From contig JBJTAU010000268.1 in assembly GCA_046090965.1 (NCBI GenBank), forward strand, positions 1 to 45,974: a stretch of 45,974 nucleotides of DNA, read 5' to 3'. The stretch comes from Limisphaerales bacterium (GTDB taxonomy: Bacteria > Verrucomicrobiota > Verrucomicrobiia > Limisphaerales > SXTU01). Under the pieces are notes generated by a model, which was not told the DNA's origin, ran no database searches, and saw only the letters and a list, made by a program, of their open reading frames with translations. Both the position numbers and the translations under genes were made by a program. The stretch's first letter is position 1. Each line of letters starts with the position of its first letter. Positions 43,080 to 45,974 of the stretch are shown piece by piece.

Positions 43080-43604
43080 TTTCCCCGCCTCCGCCTCCTG
43101 TTTGGCCACGTCTTCCGCGAAGAACTTCGCCACGTCCTTGAACTTCGCGACGTTCGCCGGGTTCAGGTCCATGAGCACCTGATGGGCTTCGAGGCAGTTG
43201 CGGGACATTTCCAGCTTCGACGCGCCAGCGGACTCGACGGCGGCGAGGCAGAGGTTTTCCAGATCCTTGCCCTGCACGACGTGGAAGAGGTGCAGCACGC
43301 CGAGGTTGTCAATGAGGTCGGCGACTTTGGGTGTGGGGTTGAGCAGCTCGATGGGGCGCTGCTCGGGCGGGAGGTCGTCGGCGGAGAGCTGGGTGCCGAG
43401 GCTGGCGAGCACGCCGAGGAACGTGCTGTCCATGATGGGGCAAGCCGCGAGGTCCACGATGAAGCGCTGCGCGCCGCGCGCGCGGGCCTCGTTGACGAGG
43501 CGCTTGAAGTCCACGCTGGTGGCGAAGTTCGCGCGCCCGGCGAGCTTCACGCACACAGCGTCACCGACGCGCGCGGCGAGGAGGGTGGAAGTGGGGGAGG
43601 TCAT
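43071..43604 (-). CDS. STAS domain protein (anti-sigma-factor antagonist-like) with C-terminal extension
   Basis: VKLAGRANFATS...FIVDLAACPIMDSTFLGVL (DS[ST] phospho-site context). Confidence 0.8.
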   Translation of the reverse strand: MTSPTSTLLAARVGDAVCVKLAGRANFATSVDFKRLVNEARARGAQRFIVDLAACPIMDSTFLGVLASLGTQLSADDLPPEQRPIELLNPTPKVADLIDNLGVLHLFHVVQGKDLENLCLAAVESAGASKLEMSRNCLEAHQVLMDLNPANVAKFKDVAKFFAEDVAKQEAEAGKSG

Positions 43605-43609
43605 CTAGG

Positions 43610-43867
43610 TCACAGCTTCGAAGTGCCGGTCAGATTGAGCCAGAATTCATAGTAGCTTTCAATCGCCGCACCCATCGGCGACCCGTGCGGGATGGCCCAT
43701 TCCAAAGGCGCGTAGATTCTGACGACCACCTCTACGGGCAACCAACCACGGTGATAACAGACACAGGCCGGGCCGATGCTCAACACGTAGAGCAACGGCA
43801 TCAAGACAAGCGCGACGACGACGTGGAACCACGTCTTGCCGGACTTGCTGGTCGCTTCGTCGCTCAT
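43610..43867 (-). CDS. small membrane protein, paralog 1 of 3
   Basis: ATG 43867 gives MSDEATSKSGKTWFHVVVALVLMPLLYVLSIGP...ESYYEFWLNLTGTSKL (85 aa). Its stop is 5 nt from the STAS start. Confidence 0.6.
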   Translation of the reverse strand: MSDEATSKSGKTWFHVVVALVLMPLLYVLSIGPACVCYHRGWLPVEVVVRIYAPLEWAIPHGSPMGAAIESYYEFWLNLTGTSKL

Positions 43868-43869
43868 TC

Positions 43870-44120
43870 TCAGAGTTTGGTTCCGGTGATACGCGCCCAA
43901 GCTTCCACGTAAGAGTCTATCGCCCCCCTAGGCCCGTCTTGTCCATGAACCGAATCAGCGGCTTATACACGGCTTCGATGGAGGAGCCGGGAATCAACCC
44001 TCGTGCCGCGAGCACAACCACCGGCCCGGTGCTCAACACGTAGCAAAGGGGCACGCCCACGAGGAGGCCCACGACGTAAAGCCACGTCTTGCTGGGCTTG
44101 TCTGTGGTTTCGTCGCTCAT
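43870..44120 (-). CDS. small membrane protein, paralog 2 of 3; needs a -1 shift in a G6 run (C6 at 43923-43928 on +)
   Basis: Frame 0 reads MSDETTDKPSKTWLYVV...FMDKTGLGGR then TAG (43917). The -1 frame continues AIDSYVEAWARITGTKL then TGA (43870), matching the paralog C-termini. Confidence 0.5.
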
Positions 44121-44380
44121 TTGGGAAAATGAAGTGTAGTCCCAGTCGTGATCATCCAGGCTTCGATGTAGCTCCGGAACAAGACTTCGGTATTCGTGGC
44201 GTCGGCAAACGACTGCAGCGGCTTGTAAAGTGTGTTAACGGCTGAATTGGAGGCCCAGCCCCGCATAAGCAGCACGACCGCCGGCCCGATGCTCAAGGCA
44301 TACAGCAGCGGCAAGGCGAGGACGAGGCTCAGGCCGTAGAGCCACGCCTTGCTGGCCTTGTCTGTGGTTTCCTCACTCAT
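44117..44380 (-). CDS. small membrane protein, paralog 3 of 3
   Basis: ATG 44380 gives MSEETTDKASKAWLYGLSLVLALPLLYALSIGP...RSYIEAWMITTGTTLHFPK (87 aa). ATGA overlap with the paralog 2 start. Confidence 0.6.
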   Translation of the reverse strand: MSEETTDKASKAWLYGLSLVLALPLLYALSIGPAVVLLMRGWASNSAVNTLYKPLQSFADATNTEVLFRSYIEAWMITTGTTLHFPK

Positions 44381-44467
44381 GCCGGGTTTTGTCTGGGCCG
44401 CCGGGGCCACCCGTCCCAATCAACACCCACGCCCGCCCAGTGGCAAGCGGCGGCATTTGCCCTCCGG

Positions 44468-44516
44468 CTTCTCCCTCTCCCTTCCTCGGAGGAGGGGAGA
44501 GGGCTGGGGTGAGGGG
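44468..44516. repeat. GC-rich near-palindrome (CTCCCTCTCCCTTCCTC / GAGGAGGGGAGAGGG)
   Basis: Centred near 44488. Different style from the heptamer elements: polypurine/polypyrimidine arms. Confidence 0.6.
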
Positions 44517-44540
44517 TTTCGCGCGTCGGCGTTGGTGGCC

Positions 44541-44610
44541 GCACCCCTCATCCGGCCTTCGGCCACCTTCTCCCCTCGCTACGCGAAGGGAGAAGGCTCG
44601 CGAGGGGTGC
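44541..44610. repeat. nested GC-rich hairpin
   Basis: Outer pair GCACCCCTC (44541-44549) / GAGGGGTGC (44602-44610). Inner pair CCTTCTCCCCTCGC (44566-44579) / GCGAAGGGAGAAGG (44583-44596). Confidence 0.6.
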
Positions 44611-44738
44611 GCGCCGAAATCCGTGCCGGCGATTTGCAACCGCCGCCCGTGGGATGGAGCAAGTCGAGACGGCTCTGAGCAGTCCACCCGCAACGCGGCG
44701 GCTGGAAGCCGCCGGCACGGGGTCATCGCGCGCTCACT

Positions 44739-44766
44739 CCCCATTCCCCATTCCCTATTCCCCATG
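44739..44766. repeat. solo arm (CCCCATT)(CCCCATT)(CCCTATT)(CCCCATG)
   Basis: Four tandem heptamers ending 4 nt before the holA stop codon at 44771-44773, i.e. just downstream of holA on the coding strand. No complementary arm found. Confidence 0.65.
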
Positions 44767-44770
44767 GCCT

Positions 44771-45910
44771 TCACCTCACCACCTCCTCGCGCCGGACGAT
44801 TTGCGTGAGGGTCTGTTGCAGCACGAGGGATTCGTCGAGCTGGCTGCTCACCAGCTTCATGTTGCACTGGAGCAGCAGGTCCATCGCACGGATCAGCTCG
44901 GCGGAGGAATACTTCTTCGCCTGCGGGAGCGCGCGGAAGAGCACGTAGGGGTTCATCGCCAGCGGGTTGATGCGCTTGTCCTCGGGTAGCGCATCGGCGG
45001 GGACGCGTTCGAGCTGGGACTTGAAGCGGTTGTAATCGCCGTCCGCCTTGAGCCAGCCGGCCTTGATCATCTCCTGGAGGAAGATCATCACGCGCACCTT
45101 CGAGATGAGGCCGTAGAGCAGGCCGATCTCGGACTTGCGCTCGACCTTAAGCCGGATTTCCCACAGCTCCTCGTCCAGCGTGCGGAGGAGCTTGGGCAGG
45201 TCGCGGTCGCCGAGCGCGTCGGCGAGGGCGAAGGCGCGGGCCTGCTTGTTGCGCGTGACGATGGCGTCCACGTCCGCCAGCTCGATGTCCGCGCGCGCGC
45301 CCACGTAGGCGGCGAGTTTCTCAACCTCGCTGTGAAGCTGCGCCGCGTGCGGGCCGACGTTGGCGACGAGCTTGGCGAGGGCTTCGGAGGAAATCTCCTT
45401 CTTCAGCGCCTTGAGTTTCTTGTAGGCGAGGTCTTCGGCTTGGTCGGCCCAATTGCGGTCGTCGAGCGAGAGTGCGGCGAAGTGCTCGACGCTGCCGAGC
45501 TTCTCCAGGGTTTTGTAAAACGTCTTGCGCTTGTCCACCTTGCCGGCGCTGACGAGCAGCCGCACGCCGTCCCAGCGGAAGGCCTTCAGCTCGGCGGCGA
45601 GTTCCGCGAGCGCCTCGGACACGGCGCTGGAGCCGGAGGTGCGGTCGTCGCCGAGGAAGCTGCAATCCTTGAACCCCACAACCTTGCCGCCGCCGAAGAA
45701 GGGGAGCGTCTGGAGCGCCTCGCGGAGCTTGCCGAGGGCCTTGAGCGCCTCGCCGCTGTTGCCGACGGCGGCGTCAATCGTCTCGTGGTCCATGCCGCCG
45801 ACCTCGCCGCACCACTTGTCGTAGAGCTGCCGCGCGCGCTGCTTCACCGCGAAATCCTCATCGCCGCAGATGAGGGCGACGGGGGCGGGTGGCTGCGGCG
45901 GAGGGGGCAT
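44771..45910 (-). CDS. holA: DNA polymerase III subunit delta
   Basis: 379 aa. VALICGDEDFAVKQRA...LPFFGGGKVV...LLVSAGKVDKRKTFYK layout typical of HolA. Confidence 0.82.
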   Translation of the reverse strand: MPPPPQPPAPVALICGDEDFAVKQRARQLYDKWCGEVGGMDHETIDAAVGNSGEALKALGKLREALQTLPFFGGGKVVGFKDCSFLGDDRTSGSSAVSEALAELAAELKAFRWDGVRLLVSAGKVDKRKTFYKTLEKLGSVEHFAALSLDDRNWADQAEDLAYKKLKALKKEISSEALAKLVANVGPHAAQLHSEVEKLAAYVGARADIELADVDAIVTRNKQARAFALADALGDRDLPKLLRTLDEELWEIRLKVERKSEIGLLYGLISKVRVMIFLQEMIKAGWLKADGDYNRFKSQLERVPADALPEDKRINPLAMNPYVLFRALPQAKKYSSAELIRAMDLLLQCNMKLVSSQLDESLVLQQTLTQIVRREEVVR

Positions 45911-45974
45911 CGAGGGAAACGTGTTCCGTAATCAGGGTTCAGCTTTCGGTGTGCGCGGCCGTGGTCAAAGACTG

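Overview
G+C-rich chromosomal window (about 60-65% by eye, not computed). Gene content looks like a PVC-type (Verrucomicrobiota/Planctomycetota-like) heterotroph; this is inferred from content only. I call about 40 protein genes. Housekeeping: rpsA, trpC, prfB with its programmed +1 frameshift, lepB, class II fba, holA, family-4 UDG, an IscA-type protein and a double U32 peptidase. The rest is a long run of secreted hydrolases and sugar-oxidation proteins (ThuA, DUF1080, PmoA-like, ceramidase-like, five alpha/beta esterases, GH63-like, two formylglycine sulfatases, PQQ sugar dehydrogenase-cytochrome fusion, DUF1501, Gfo/Idh/MocA), plus an ArsS-type radical SAM enzyme and partner-switching parts (RR-PAS-PP2C, STAS). 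I saw no transposase, integrase, CRISPR array, tRNA or rRNA. Main unexplained signals: (1) about 19 loci share one architecture but not one sequence: 3-5 tandem copies of a 7-nt (sometimes 9-nt) unit, a loop, then the complementary tandem units, forming long imperfect hairpins. They sit at gene boundaries and supply several stop codons. Five sit in frame inside the U32 peptidase ORF. (2) Three otherwise intact conserved genes each carry one in-frame TAG at a conserved position, although TAG also acts as a normal terminator in the window. (3) An operon holds three tandem paralogous small membrane proteins plus a STAS protein, and the middle paralog needs a -1 shift in a G6 run. (4) A recurring -35/N16-18/TAGnTT/N6/start-codon geometry suggests leaderless mRNAs. 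(5) An orphan promoter plus terminator unit may encode a small RNA. All family assignments are from motif recognition by eye; no database search was run.
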